Shown in pieces: positions 1 through 8,301 of a DNA stretch of 64,000 bases. The notes beneath the pieces were generated by a model that saw only the letters and a program-made list of their open reading frames with translations, made no database searches and was not told where the DNA came from. The position numbers and the translations under genes were made by a program. The DNA is from Candidatus Nanoarchaeia archaeon (GTDB taxonomy: Archaea; Nanobdellota; Nanobdellia; Pacearchaeales; GW2011-AR1): positions 23,845-87,844 of the forward strand of contig DATDSF010000038.1 of the NCBI GenBank assembly GCA_035291345.1, given 5' to 3'. Each line of letters begins with the position of its first letter. Within the stretch, counting starts at the first letter, position 1.

Positions 1-56
1 TGATTTAGGAATTATTAATTCTTTGGACATATTTGTTTCCTTTCAAATTATTTTGA

Positions 57-77
57 TTGACAAAACAAATATAATAC
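57..77 (-). promoter_or_regulatory. conserved phage promoter-like motif
   Basis: Plus strand reads TTGACAAAACAAATATAATAC. Read leftward, in the direction of transcription, this is GTATTATATTTGTTTTGTCAA. Confidence 0.4.
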
Positions 78-83
78 ATCTGA

Positions 84-311
84 CTATTCAAGTGCAGTTT
101 TTAGCTTAGTGAAGATTTTTTGATGCATAATATAAAGAGACATAGGTTTCACATCAAGAATTCTACTAATTTCTTTTATTGATAAACCATCTCTATATTT
201 GAGGATTAGTAGCGTACGTTCTCTTTCTGGTAATTTCTTTAATAATTCAAGAAGTTTTTGATTAGTTTCTTCTTGTTCAAATTGTTCCTGTATATCTATA
301 CAATTATCCAT
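84..311 (-). CDS. sigma-70 region-4-like HTH protein (75 aa)
   Basis: LPERERTLLILKYRDGLSIKEISRILDVKPMSLYIMHQKI resembles the sigma-70 region 4 / LuxR-type HTH. Only region 4 is present. The upstream ORF 312..707 ends with a stop immediately before this ATG. Confidence 0.45.
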   Translation of the reverse strand: MDNCIDIQEQFEQEETNQKLLELLKKLPERERTLLILKYRDGLSIKEISRILDVKPMSLYIMHQKIFTKLKTALE

Positions 312-707
312 TTAAAACTCATCTGAATCAGAAATATCAATTGTTTTTAACTTTTTTGATATCTTTACTTTACTTTCAAGTATTTTAAATTGTTCACCAT
401 TTAAGATTATATCAGTACTTGTATTAGTAGCTAAGCTAGAATCTATATATTCTTCAACTTTCATTTTAGACTTAGCTTTAATTTTAATAACTTCAATTGA
501 TTTTTCAATATTATTAATATAATCAAATGAAAAAATATAATAAATGAACATAAGCCCTCTTAAGTATTGATTAATATTATTTCTACAATAGATTATTATT
601 TTCTCCAAAGTCTTAATATCAATATTACTATGCAGACCCAAATTAAAATACTTATTATAGCTTTCATCTTTTTTTACTCTGTAAAGAATCTTCCAATGAT
701 CTATCAA
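312..707 (-). CDS. hypothetical protein (131 aa)
   Basis: ORF in the minus-strand array. No recognisable motif. Could be the N-terminal part of a sigma-like protein interrupted by a stop, but that is not demonstrable. Confidence 0.35.
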   Translation of the reverse strand: MIDHWKILYRVKKDESYNKYFNLGLHSNIDIKTLEKIIIYCRNNINQYLRGLMFIYYIFSFDYINNIEKSIEVIKIKAKSKMKVEEYIDSSLATNTSTDIILNGEQFKILESKVKISKKLKTIDISDSDEF

Positions 708-1128
708 CTATAAACATAATAACTGCCCAAATACAATGATTTAAATCAGGATATAATTTAGTAAGTTTCTTTTTAATTATTTGTTTCTTGTACTCAAATT
801 TATCATACTTAAAAAACTCAACAATTGAATTCATTGCTCCATAGTCACTAAGACATAAAGTAATATCTCCACAATGATGAGGTGGAACATCTAATAACTT
901 AAACTCTATAACCCTCAATTTACCCTTCTTTAGAAGCTTAGACCTTTTCAAAGTTTTCAATAAAGCCATTAAGTATTCATCATGATTGGGGATATAATAT
1001 ATCCTTCTATTTATTGAATAATAATCAATGAAGTTTTTAACAGATAGAGCATGAATAGATTTAATCTTTTTCAAACATTTATAAAGTTTATGATATTGCT
1101 CTATTAATATACTATTTGGAATTTGCAT
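664..1128 (-). CDS. hypothetical protein (154 aa)
   Basis: ORF. Overlaps the start of 312..707 by 44 nt in another frame. Confidence 0.35.
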   Translation of the reverse strand: MQIPNSILIEQYHKLYKCLKKIKSIHALSVKNFIDYYSINRRIYYIPNHDEYLMALLKTLKRSKLLKKGKLRVIEFKLLDVPPHHCGDITLCLSDYGAMNSIVEFFKYDKFEYKKQIIKKKLTKLYPDLNHCIWAVIMFIVDRSLEDSLQSKKR

Positions 1129-1161
1129 AATAAAATGCCTTCAATTTATTGTATAGATACA

Positions 1162-1587
1162 TTAAAAATTATCCGAGCAATTGGTCTTAATTGCTTCAAT
1201 TAGAGAATATCTTGACATCTTTAATCTTGCAGCAGCATTAACAATAATATAAGTAAGTTCTTCCATTAACAGTTGAGCTTCTTCATTATTAATATGCATC
1301 TCTTCTGACAACTCAGAAGTTATCTCATTTGTAAAACAACGATCCACTTCCCATTTCATTCTAGCATCTAAAAATCCACGTGTATTTTTAAATTTTGAAA
1401 TAATGAATGGGTCATTAATAGCTTGAAATTCATCATAAATAGATTTATTTTTAACTCTTCTTTCTTCAAGATCTGAAGTATTAAAATTATCATTAATACC
1501 TTCAGATAAAACAGATAAAAGGGTTTGAGATGAATCTTTTTTATTGAGCACTATTGCTAATACAGTTTTTGCCATTTTAAACCTCAA
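1162..1587 (-). CDS. hypothetical protein (141 aa)
   Basis: ORF in a co-directional array. No motif. Confidence 0.4.
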   Translation of the reverse strand: MRFKMAKTVLAIVLNKKDSSQTLLSVLSEGINDNFNTSDLEERRVKNKSIYDEFQAINDPFIISKFKNTRGFLDARMKWEVDRCFTNEITSELSEEMHINNEEAQLLMEELTYIIVNAAARLKMSRYSLIEAIKTNCSDNF

Positions 1588-1612
1588 TTTTAATTACAAT
1601 ACAAATTTAATA

Positions 1613-1804
1613 CTACTTAGTTCTTTTATATGACATACTTGTTAATTCAATTACAGTTGATACAACCCCTCGATATTTTTGTTTATCAAGACCATTAACT
1701 TCCATGAAAAAATCCACTGCTAGTTCATAAGAATCAGCATATACTCTCGTTATATACTTTTTGGGATCACAAGAATACCCTACAATAAATAAATATTCTT
1801 TCAT
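1613..1804 (-). CDS. hypothetical small protein (63 aa)
   Basis: ORF with a stop/start overlap to the neighbouring gene. Confidence 0.3.
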   Translation of the reverse strand: MKEYLFIVGYSCDPKKYITRVYADSYELAVDFFMEVNGLDKQKYRGVVSTVIELTSMSYKRTK

Positions 1805-2439
1805 AAACCTATTTTCCTTGAGAATAATCTTTTTATTTCATAACTGAATTGACCTTCAGCAAATTGTGAAGCCCAATCTTTTACTATTTCTTTATTATGA
1901 TGACCATAAGCAATTACTTTATTAACTTTGTTAATAACAGCATAATACTGTTCTTTCTGAGTTGGTTTAAGTAAATCAATTAATATTATTTCGTAATCTA
2001 CATCTAATATCATATCACTCTCAATTGCCCACTCATCTGCCCAAGTTTTAACAGCTTGTTCGTCATGATTACCATAGGCAATTACTCTATTATGTTTATT
2101 AACTACAATATAATATGGATTTTCAATAGGTAGCATATCATCTAGTTCAAACTCACCTAATTCTTGAAACTTAGGGTCTTGATTAAAAGCATTTTGACTC
2201 TGAATTAAAGCATTTTGACTTAATTGAGCATGATAATCTTCTTTCATCATTTCAAGTTGATTCTTTGATTTTTTTAATTCAAGTTCAAGATCTTGAATAT
2301 ATTGAAATAGTGAAAGAACTGCACCATCTCCAGTAAAATTTCTCCAATTACCACCATATCTTAAACAAATAAAAGAACCAATCTCATCATCATGTTTAAA
2401 AGTATACTTTCCATCACAAAGTGATATAGTATTTATCAT
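1801..2439 (-). CDS. hypothetical protein with an internal tandem domain duplication (212 aa)
   Basis: Two roughly 35-aa repeats: NPYYIVVNKHNRVIAYGNHDEQAVKTWADEWA and EQYYAVINKVNKVIAYGHHNKEIVKDWASQFA. Confidence 0.45.
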   Translation of the reverse strand: MINTISLCDGKYTFKHDDEIGSFICLRYGGNWRNFTGDGAVLSLFQYIQDLELELKKSKNQLEMMKEDYHAQLSQNALIQSQNAFNQDPKFQELGEFELDDMLPIENPYYIVVNKHNRVIAYGNHDEQAVKTWADEWAIESDMILDVDYEIILIDLLKPTQKEQYYAVINKVNKVIAYGHHNKEIVKDWASQFAEGQFSYEIKRLFSRKIGL

Positions 2440-2747
2440 TATATGTCAAACCTCCAATTAAGAGAATCAATAGCAGTAAAAAGTTGTTTTTGAGTAATAT
2501 GAGAGAATTTAAGTTTATAATAACTAAGTGAGTTTCTGAACCTCAATGCTTTTTTTGATACAGAATAAATATCTGATCTTACATAAGTACCTAAAGGTTT
2601 AGCATAAACATGGTAATAAAACTTCTTAGTCTTCTTTTGTTTATTTTCTCTCCAATAAACAACAATGACCTTTTTTGGTTTTGTACCTATACAAGTATTC
2701 TTACCTATACACATTCCATAAATACCTAAAGGCTTTCTTTTTCTCAT
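2439..2747 (-). CDS. hypothetical basic (Lys/Arg-rich) protein (102 aa)
   Basis: ORF. Very basic composition, possibly nucleic-acid binding. Confidence 0.4.
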   Translation of the reverse strand: MRKRKPLGIYGMCIGKNTCIGTKPKKVIVVYWRENKQKKTKKFYYHVYAKPLGTYVRSDIYSVSKKALRFRNSLSYYKLKFSHITQKQLFTAIDSLNWRFDI

Positions 2748-3208
2748 TTAATATCTTTCCTAAATTTTATAAATGAAGTCATCTCATTATATAACCAAGT
2801 ATATCCTTTGATTTGATGGTCCTGTATTAGAGGACGACCAGATAAAACAGCCTCATAATACCTAGAATTTTCCCTTTCCAATATATCTTCAATTAAATAT
2901 GGGAGCTCATTAAGGGTTGGCATATTTTTATCTACTAGTGATAATGGACCTACTGGGATATCACCTTTTAAAACTCTTTCAAAGAAAACAAGGTTTGCTT
3001 TCTCATAAGCCTCTTTAACTACTCTGTGATAGTAATAATCTCTCAATAACAAAAGCATTTGCATGAAAGCATGAGACTGAGTCAAATTATAATTTTCTTC
3101 AATAAACTTTCTCAAAGACTTTATAAAAAGTCTCTGGGACATAAAATTTGAACTTTCATAAATCGAAGTATTTGCAGATTTCATATGATTAATAGGGTTT
3201 TTTGCCAT
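2744..3208 (-). CDS. hypothetical protein (154 aa)
   Basis: ORF with a 4-nt start/stop overlap to its neighbours. Confidence 0.4.
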   Translation of the reverse strand: MAKNPINHMKSANTSIYESSNFMSQRLFIKSLRKFIEENYNLTQSHAFMQMLLLLRDYYYHRVVKEAYEKANLVFFERVLKGDIPVGPLSLVDKNMPTLNELPYLIEDILERENSRYYEAVLSGRPLIQDHQIKGYTWLYNEMTSFIKFRKDIK

Positions 3209-3209
3209 A

Positions 3210-3611
3210 TCATCCTTCCATTAATTCTTCATAACTATCTGTTTCAATAAGAAGCAGCCATTTACTGATATCAGTATCAAATAAATCTTTATTTGATACA
3301 TAAAGTTTAAATTCTTCGAGCAATTGATCCTGAATAGGTTGATTATTAAGCCCTTCATCTAGAGAAATAAAAAGCGCTTTAAGTAATGTTATTTGAGTAT
3401 GATGAACACCTGGATAAAGCTCTTTCAATTCCTTAATAGAACAGTTAAATTGTCCTTCTAATTGATACTCTTCTCCTGCACCAGTATATAAACATCTGTA
3501 GAGGTAATCAATTTTATGAGGATTATGATTTCTATTCTCAATATAAATATCATATTGTTCTTTAGTCAATTCACCACCCCAATTCTTTTGAAATTTCTGA
3601 AGTAAATCCAC
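3210..3611 (-). CDS. hypothetical protein (133 aa)
   Basis: ORF. Confidence 0.4.
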   Translation of the reverse strand: MDLLQKFQKNWGGELTKEQYDIYIENRNHNPHKIDYLYRCLYTGAGEEYQLEGQFNCSIKELKELYPGVHHTQITLLKALFISLDEGLNNQPIQDQLLEEFKLYVSNKDLFDTDISKWLLLIETDSYEELMEG

Positions 3612-3795
3612 CTTTTTCTTTCAGAGTGTCTGAAAATAAATCTCCCAAACTTTTACCTTCACTAGTAATTAAATCTTTCCTAAACATTAAAGTACCAGAA
3701 GGAGCAAACCTCCAATTCCTACAAAGGGTATACTGATCCATAGCTTTTATAGTTTCAGCTATACTATCAATTTGTTGTTGAGTTAATTCTGCCAT
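3571..3795 (-). CDS. hypothetical protein (74 aa)
   Basis: ORF preceded by a structured 118-nt intergenic leader. Confidence 0.35.
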   Translation of the reverse strand: MAELTQQQIDSIAETIKAMDQYTLCRNWRFAPSGTLMFRKDLITSEGKSLGDLFSDTLKEKGGFTSEISKELGW

Positions 3796-3913
3796 ATTTT
3801 CCTCAAATTTAATGCCTTTATAGGGGGCGGAAATTCATCCTACCCCTATTGGTGAGTGAGTCATATTGCAAAGGCTAGGCAATACAAAAATCAAATTGTT
3901 TTAAATCAATAAT

Positions 3914-4141
3914 TCAAATATAAAGCTTCGTTCTCAATTTATGTAAAAATTTGCTGAAAATTGAGTATTTGATTTGATCATTCTTTATATCAACTAATAT
4001 TGAAATTCTTTCTTCTAGAGAAAACATTTTATTATCCCTTGAAGTTCTTGGCATATTAATTTTGTCAAGCAGTGTATGACACTTATTAATAGTCTCAACA
4101 CTTTCTCTTAGCTTAAACTTTAATAACTCGTTCTGGTCCAT
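3914..4141 (-). CDS. hypothetical protein (75 aa)
   Basis: ORF. Confidence 0.35.
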   Translation of the reverse strand: MDQNELLKFKLRESVETINKCHTLLDKINMPRTSRDNKMFSLEERISILVDIKNDQIKYSIFSKFLHKLRTKLYI

Positions 4142-4147
4142 TTAACC

Positions 4148-4582
4148 TCAGTTAATATTACGGTTCCTTTTATCGATAGATACAATTTTTGGCTGAGAAG
4201 CTACAAAGGTTAGACCTTTTAAGATTTCATTATTAGGTTCAAAATCATTATTAAAAGAATCAATAAAGTCCGAATGCACATCCAATTTCTTATGCTTAAG
4301 TAAGAATTTTATTACTTCTTCAGTTAAAGGATGGAGCTCTGGATAATTCTTTTGAATAATAGCTTGAGAATTTTCAGGAGTCATGTTCCAAATTGCAGCA
4401 ATTTCAGGAGCTACTGCCATTTCTATAAATACATTTTTAGTATTGTTTTCACTTGAAATGATATTAATAACTTTAATAACACCAAAATTATTCCCATCTC
4501 TTTCAAGATTAAAAAAGAATTGTTTCTTGTTAATCTTTACTTCAACTTCCAGAACCGGCATGTTTTTAATTGTTACTTCCAT
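4148..4582 (-). CDS. hypothetical protein (144 aa)
   Basis: ORF. Confidence 0.4.
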   Translation of the reverse strand: MEVTIKNMPVLEVEVKINKKQFFFNLERDGNNFGVIKVINIISSENNTKNVFIEMAVAPEIAAIWNMTPENSQAIIQKNYPELHPLTEEVIKFLLKHKKLDVHSDFIDSFNNDFEPNNEILKGLTFVASQPKIVSIDKRNRNIN

Positions 4583-4600
4583 TATAGTACTCTCGTGATT

Positions 4601-4918
4601 TTATTGAATAATATTTTTATTGATTGATAACTCTCGATAAGCTTTGGCAATATCTAAATTAAACCTAAAGTGTTTAATATTTTTAATTGCAATAAATAGT
4701 CTATTAGTTCTGCCTATTAAAAAAATTAAACCATTGATAAATTTTGAACTTCTTTCATGTTGAATGATTTCATCTAGACTTGGTACATATATATCCATCC
4801 ATCTTTGTTCTTTTTTTCGCAGTTGAATTATTTCATGGTACCAATTTGATGAAATTGAAATATAAATAAAAAATGCAAACAACCCCATTAATATCAATAA
4901 TGCTTCTAAACCATTCAT
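4601..4918 (-). CDS. small membrane protein, holin-like candidate (105 aa)
   Basis: Single N-terminal hydrophobic helix LEALLILMGLFAFFIYISI. Lies upstream of a membrane protein and a transglycosylase-like gene. Confidence 0.35.
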   Translation of the reverse strand: MNGLEALLILMGLFAFFIYISISSNWYHEIIQLRKKEQRWMDIYVPSLDEIIQHERSSKFINGLIFLIGRTNRLFIAIKNIKHFRFNLDIAKAYRELSINKNIIQ

Positions 4919-5024
4919 TTTAAAAATCCTTTAAAAAATAAAGCCGGAGTGTTTATTGTGACCCTCACAATACACAAATTAACGCTTTACCCGATTGTTT
5001 AGTGTTAAAATCTCCGGCTTAAAC

Positions 5025-5459
5025 TTATTCTTCATCTCCTGCTTTAATTGCTTTATCTTTTCTGCGTATGGCAAAAGGTAATAAGATTAGACCTATTATC
5101 AAGAACAATAGATATAATAGAGAATATAAAGCACAAAACTTTATAAAATAATCTCCAGTTAATATAATTATTGACCACTGATTTGTGATTTCAATTGTTT
5201 CTATTCCAATTACTGCAAGACAACGTATAGCAGCCTCAAAGACCAAAAGGAAAATAAAAGAAGCTAGAGCAAAAGAGAAAAAGAATATTGAGGGTCTCCA
5301 AATTGGTTCATCTAAATACTTTTGCCATTGAGTTCTTGTGTCTTCAACAGGTTTAGATGAAGGACCTCCTATTCCACCTCTTCTACCTCTTCTGAAAAAG
5401 ATTGGAGCAAATAACATTGGTGAGATCATATCTATTATCCTTATTTTATTTCCATTCAT
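5025..5459 (-). CDS. integral membrane protein (144 aa)
   Basis: Several hydrophobic segments (FFFSFALASFIFLLVF; LYLLFLIIGLILLPF). Confidence 0.4.
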   Translation of the reverse strand: MNGNKIRIIDMISPMLFAPIFFRRGRRGGIGGPSSKPVEDTRTQWQKYLDEPIWRPSIFFFSFALASFIFLLVFEAAIRCLAVIGIETIEITNQWSIIILTGDYFIKFCALYSLLYLLFLIIGLILLPFAIRRKDKAIKAGDEE

Positions 5460-5745
5460 TTAAATTTTCAATTATGCATTCTTCAAGCTTATCAAAAACC
5501 TCTTTAGAAACATTTACTGTTGTGTGTTCATCCATTATAACTGAAAACCCATCATCTGCAATATATTGATAAGCGTTTATAACCTTTAATCCTTTTTTTG
5601 AAGACTCGAGCCGTAAACAAGCATTTGTACCAATATTTTTCTTAAAAGCAAATATAATCTTTCTTTTTCTAAAAATGCCTTTATGCACAACGCAATAATG
5701 AGTACAAGTCTTCAGAGTTGAATAAGCTTTTTCTTCAAAGTTCAT
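5446..5745 (-). CDS. hypothetical protein (99 aa)
   Basis: ORF. Confidence 0.35.
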   Translation of the reverse strand: MNFEEKAYSTLKTCTHYCVVHKGIFRKRKIIFAFKKNIGTNACLRLESSKKGLKVINAYQYIADDGFSVIMDEHTTVNVSKEVFDKLEECIIENLNEWK

Positions 5746-5751
5746 AATAAC

Positions 5752-6417
5752 CTACTTAATTTTCACAAAACCAATTAATTTAATATCTCTGATCATTTTT
5801 TTCATCCAAAGCTCACTGGTAATTTTAATTGTTTTATCTTTGTATAGTTCAGAATAAGCTCCATAATAACGCGTAATAATTCTGCCTAATAAATCAGCCC
5901 CTGGTTTATGAATTTCTTCATTAATAATATATCTTAAAATATAAGCCGCAGCTTCAATATTAACTTCTGGTATATAAAGATCATTTCTGTTTTCAGCAAT
6001 TTTTTTATTTATTAATTTATCACTCCAGTATTCCCAAACCACCCCACCTAGACCAATTGCATTTGTTTCTTTACCTTTTACAAATATCTTTGGGTGATTA
6101 ATCATCCATCTATAATCTGACTCAACCCTAAATATTGAATGAAGCATTCCAACCGGAATTGAATATTCTTTTGAAGCCTTCTCGATTGAACCAATAAAAT
6201 CTTTATTGACTCTTTTTGAAATATACCCATACATCTCAATGTCTTCTTTTACAAATTGAAGATCAGAACGAAATAGATCTTGTTTGAATGAAATAAGTAA
6301 TTGATCCCTCTCGTCCTTTAGACTTTTTATATAAAAACTTCCGGCAAATACTAAGAATACTATTAAGACGACTAAAGACCACTCAAACCATGAAAGTTTT
6401 TTATTGAGCTCTAGCAT
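5752..6417 (-). CDS. membrane-anchored lytic transglycosylase-like protein (SLT-domain candidate)
   Basis: N-terminal TM helix. VESDYRW...NAIGLGGVVWEYW resembles the SLT catalytic ES...AxGLMQ region. Start moved to the internal Met (MLELNKK) because the conserved upstream motif overlaps the longer ORF. Confidence 0.4.
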   Translation of the reverse strand: MLELNKKLSWFEWSLVVLIVFLVFAGSFYIKSLKDERDQLLISFKQDLFRSDLQFVKEDIEMYGYISKRVNKDFIGSIEKASKEYSIPVGMLHSIFRVESDYRWMINHPKIFVKGKETNAIGLGGVVWEYWSDKLINKKIAENRNDLYIPEVNIEAAAYILRYIINEEIHKPGADLLGRIITRYYGAYSELYKDKTIKITSELWMKKMIRDIKLIGFVKIK

Positions 6418-6433
6418 ATAATACCTTTTTTTT

Positions 6434-6456
6434 AATTGATAAAACAAAATTAATAC
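6434..6456 (-). promoter_or_regulatory. conserved promoter-like motif (variant)
   Basis: GTATTAATTTTGTTTTATCAATT in the direction of transcription, upstream of 5752..6417. Confidence 0.4.
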
Positions 6457-6950
6457 TACCTTGTCTTTAAATTCAAATCAATGGTATTAATAATTGAATT
6501 CTTTGGTATATAGAATCTAAATTCAGCATTACATAATGACTTAGCGTATGAGTCAGAAGAAAAATACTGTGATACAAAATTATTAATATCAGTAATTTGA
6601 ACATTGCCAGAAGATAAAGCCATATTCATTGATTTAGTGTTTAAGAAAACATACAAATGCAAATGCTCATTAGACTCTATTATGGTAACAAATCTTGCAG
6701 GAATATTTAATGGATATATAATTCCATACCTTTCAACATAACAAGAATATATCATTTCTTGACCTGATTGAGATTGATATGAACCTATACCCAAAAAGAA
6801 TTGACCTGATCCATTTCCATGTGTTTGAGATGATACTACTAACTGTTTTAAGTTAAAAGTGCCCATAGCTTGACTAATCCAAGGCTGGCTCTTAATTACA
6901 ATTGAAGTAAAAAACAACATTAATGCAATTATTAGTGTCTTTTTGCACAT
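6456..6950 (-). CDS. secreted protein with N-terminal signal peptide (164 aa)
   Basis: MCKKTLIIALMLFFTSIVIKSQ signal-like N-terminus. Promoter-motif copy upstream. Confidence 0.4.
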   Translation of the reverse strand: MCKKTLIIALMLFFTSIVIKSQPWISQAMGTFNLKQLVVSSQTHGNGSGQFFLGIGSYQSQSGQEMIYSCYVERYGIIYPLNIPARFVTIIESNEHLHLYVFLNTKSMNMALSSGNVQITDINNFVSQYFSSDSYAKSLCNAEFRFYIPKNSIINTIDLNLKTR

Positions 6951-6970
6951 AATTTTATCTCTTTTAAAAA

Positions 6971-6991
6971 TTGATAAAACAAAATTAATAC
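6971..6991 (-). promoter_or_regulatory. conserved promoter-like motif (variant)
   Basis: GTATTAATTTTGTTTTATCAA upstream of 6456..6950. Confidence 0.4.
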
Positions 6992-7011
6992 TACAGCTGC
7001 TAAAACTTATC

Positions 7012-7212
7012 TTACTTTCTCAAAGGTCTGATAACAATAGTGTCTGAAAGGAAAAGATTATTTTTAAGACTTTGAATAGATTTTAAAACATTTGATTCTT
7101 TTTTATAGCCTTCACTTTGAGCCATAATTTTTCCATTTCTTGAAACAATAGAAAAATACCATTGATTATTCTTTGAGGATTTTTTAACAATTATCTTAAG
7201 AGCAGCTTTCAT
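7012..7212 (-). CDS. hypothetical protein (66 aa)
   Basis: ORF. Confidence 0.3.
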   Translation of the reverse strand: MKAALKIIVKKSSKNNQWYFSIVSRNGKIMAQSEGYKKESNVLKSIQSLKNNLFLSDTIVIRPLRK

Positions 7213-7226
7213 GATTAGCCTTTTGT

Positions 7227-7526
7227 TTAGTTTTTATTATCTTCAGAATAAAATTCTTCTATATTATCTTCAAGGAGTCTACCTCTATCAATTGGATAAT
7301 AGATGATCTCTAAACCCATCTCATCTCTTTGAAGTTTCATTTTTGCAGCTTTTTTAATATCATCTGCGTAAATTTCTTTTCTTCTGTTTGTGCAGACTGC
7401 TGGACCTGTCCAAGAGAATCTTCCATGATAGTCTCTAACCGGAATATTAGCCTTAACCATTCTTTTAACAAATTGATTACATTTTTCATTATCATAAACC
7501 AAAGGTAATTTTATTTTTGTACTCAC
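7227..7526 (-). CDS. hypothetical protein (99 aa)
   Basis: ORF. Confidence 0.35.
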   Translation of the reverse strand: MSTKIKLPLVYDNEKCNQFVKRMVKANIPVRDYHGRFSWTGPAVCTNRRKEIYADDIKKAAKMKLQRDEMGLEIIYYPIDRGRLLEDNIEEFYSEDNKN

Positions 7527-7915
7527 TTTAAATGCTCCTTTAAGAATTCTTCATAATTAATAACAATGTGATCAGTCAACGCAGCTAAAGATTCTGAATC
7601 GTCTCCCATTTCAATATATTCTCTAATCATATCTTCTAGTAAATCATAGATGGAAATTAAGACTAATGGTACTGAATTTATTGAAATCTGAGCTAACATA
7701 TCATCATCAATTTCTTCAGCAATTTCAATATCATGAAAAGCTTTAAACTCACGAAAAGTTTCATCAAAATTAATGTTTTTAGATAAATAGACGCATCTAA
7801 GAGAGTGTATACCTCTTAATCTCTCAAGAGTAAATATAATACATTCATTTAACTCAGAAAGCTTAGGATCCAACATTATATCCTCTTCAAATTTTATTTT
7901 AATTGGTAAAAACAA
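7523..7915 (-). CDS. hypothetical acidic protein (130 aa)
   Basis: ORF. Promoter-motif copy about 10-25 nt upstream. Confidence 0.4.
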   Translation of the reverse strand: MFLPIKIKFEEDIMLDPKLSELNECIIFTLERLRGIHSLRCVYLSKNINFDETFREFKAFHDIEIAEEIDDDMLAQISINSVPLVLISIYDLLEDMIREYIEMGDDSESLAALTDHIVINYEEFLKEHLK

Positions 7916-7924
7916 ATATAAGGC
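7904..7924 (-). promoter_or_regulatory. conserved promoter-like motif
   Basis: CCTTATATTTGTTTTTACCAA upstream of 7523..7915. Confidence 0.4.
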
Positions 7925-8022
7925 TTTTAAAATAATAAACTTAACTTAATTCAATTTAACAGAACTGAATATACTGTAACTTAATTCAATCGAATATAAA
8001 GTAAAAGACTTAAAAATCAAAT

Positions 8023-8053
8023 TTGAGGCCTCTATTAGACTAGAGGCCTCAAA
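8023..8053 (-). terminator. terminator-like GC-rich hairpin (copy 1)
   Basis: TTTGAGGCCTCTA-ttagac-TAGAGGCCTCAAA, a 13-bp perfect stem. On the minus strand it is followed by TTTGATTTTTAAG. Confidence 0.5.
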
Positions 8054-8191
8054 CTTAATATAATTGAATCTAATAAACTGAAACTGAACTAACCTGAATA
8101 AAGTGAAATTCAATTCAATAGAAGTTAATGCAATTCAATCTAATACAATTTAACTGAATCAATCTAGATATATTCAAATTTAATAATCAAA

Positions 8192-8223
8192 TTTGAGGCC
8201 TCTAATCTAGTAGAGGCCTCAAA
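8192..8223 (-). terminator. terminator-like GC-rich hairpin (copy 2)
   Basis: TTTGAGGCCTCTA-atctag-TAGAGGCCTCAAA. On the minus strand it is followed by TTTGATTATTAAATTTG. Downstream of gene 8302..8886. Confidence 0.5.
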
Positions 8224-8301
8224 CTTAACTTAATGAAATACAATCAAATCCACAGCAACTAAATATAGTAAAATAAAATGAAACCGAGCTTAATTGAATA
8301 A

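Noticed and set aside
4383-4598. Plus-strand ORFs inside the minus-strand block (4383-4598, 8823-9092, 9043-9234, 12035-12247, 15551-15808, 16104-16298, 19222-19497, 20889-21077, 21097-21315).
   Set aside because: They lie antisense within longer, motif-supported or array-consistent minus-strand ORFs. They have low-complexity, AT-codon-driven composition and no ribosome-binding sites.
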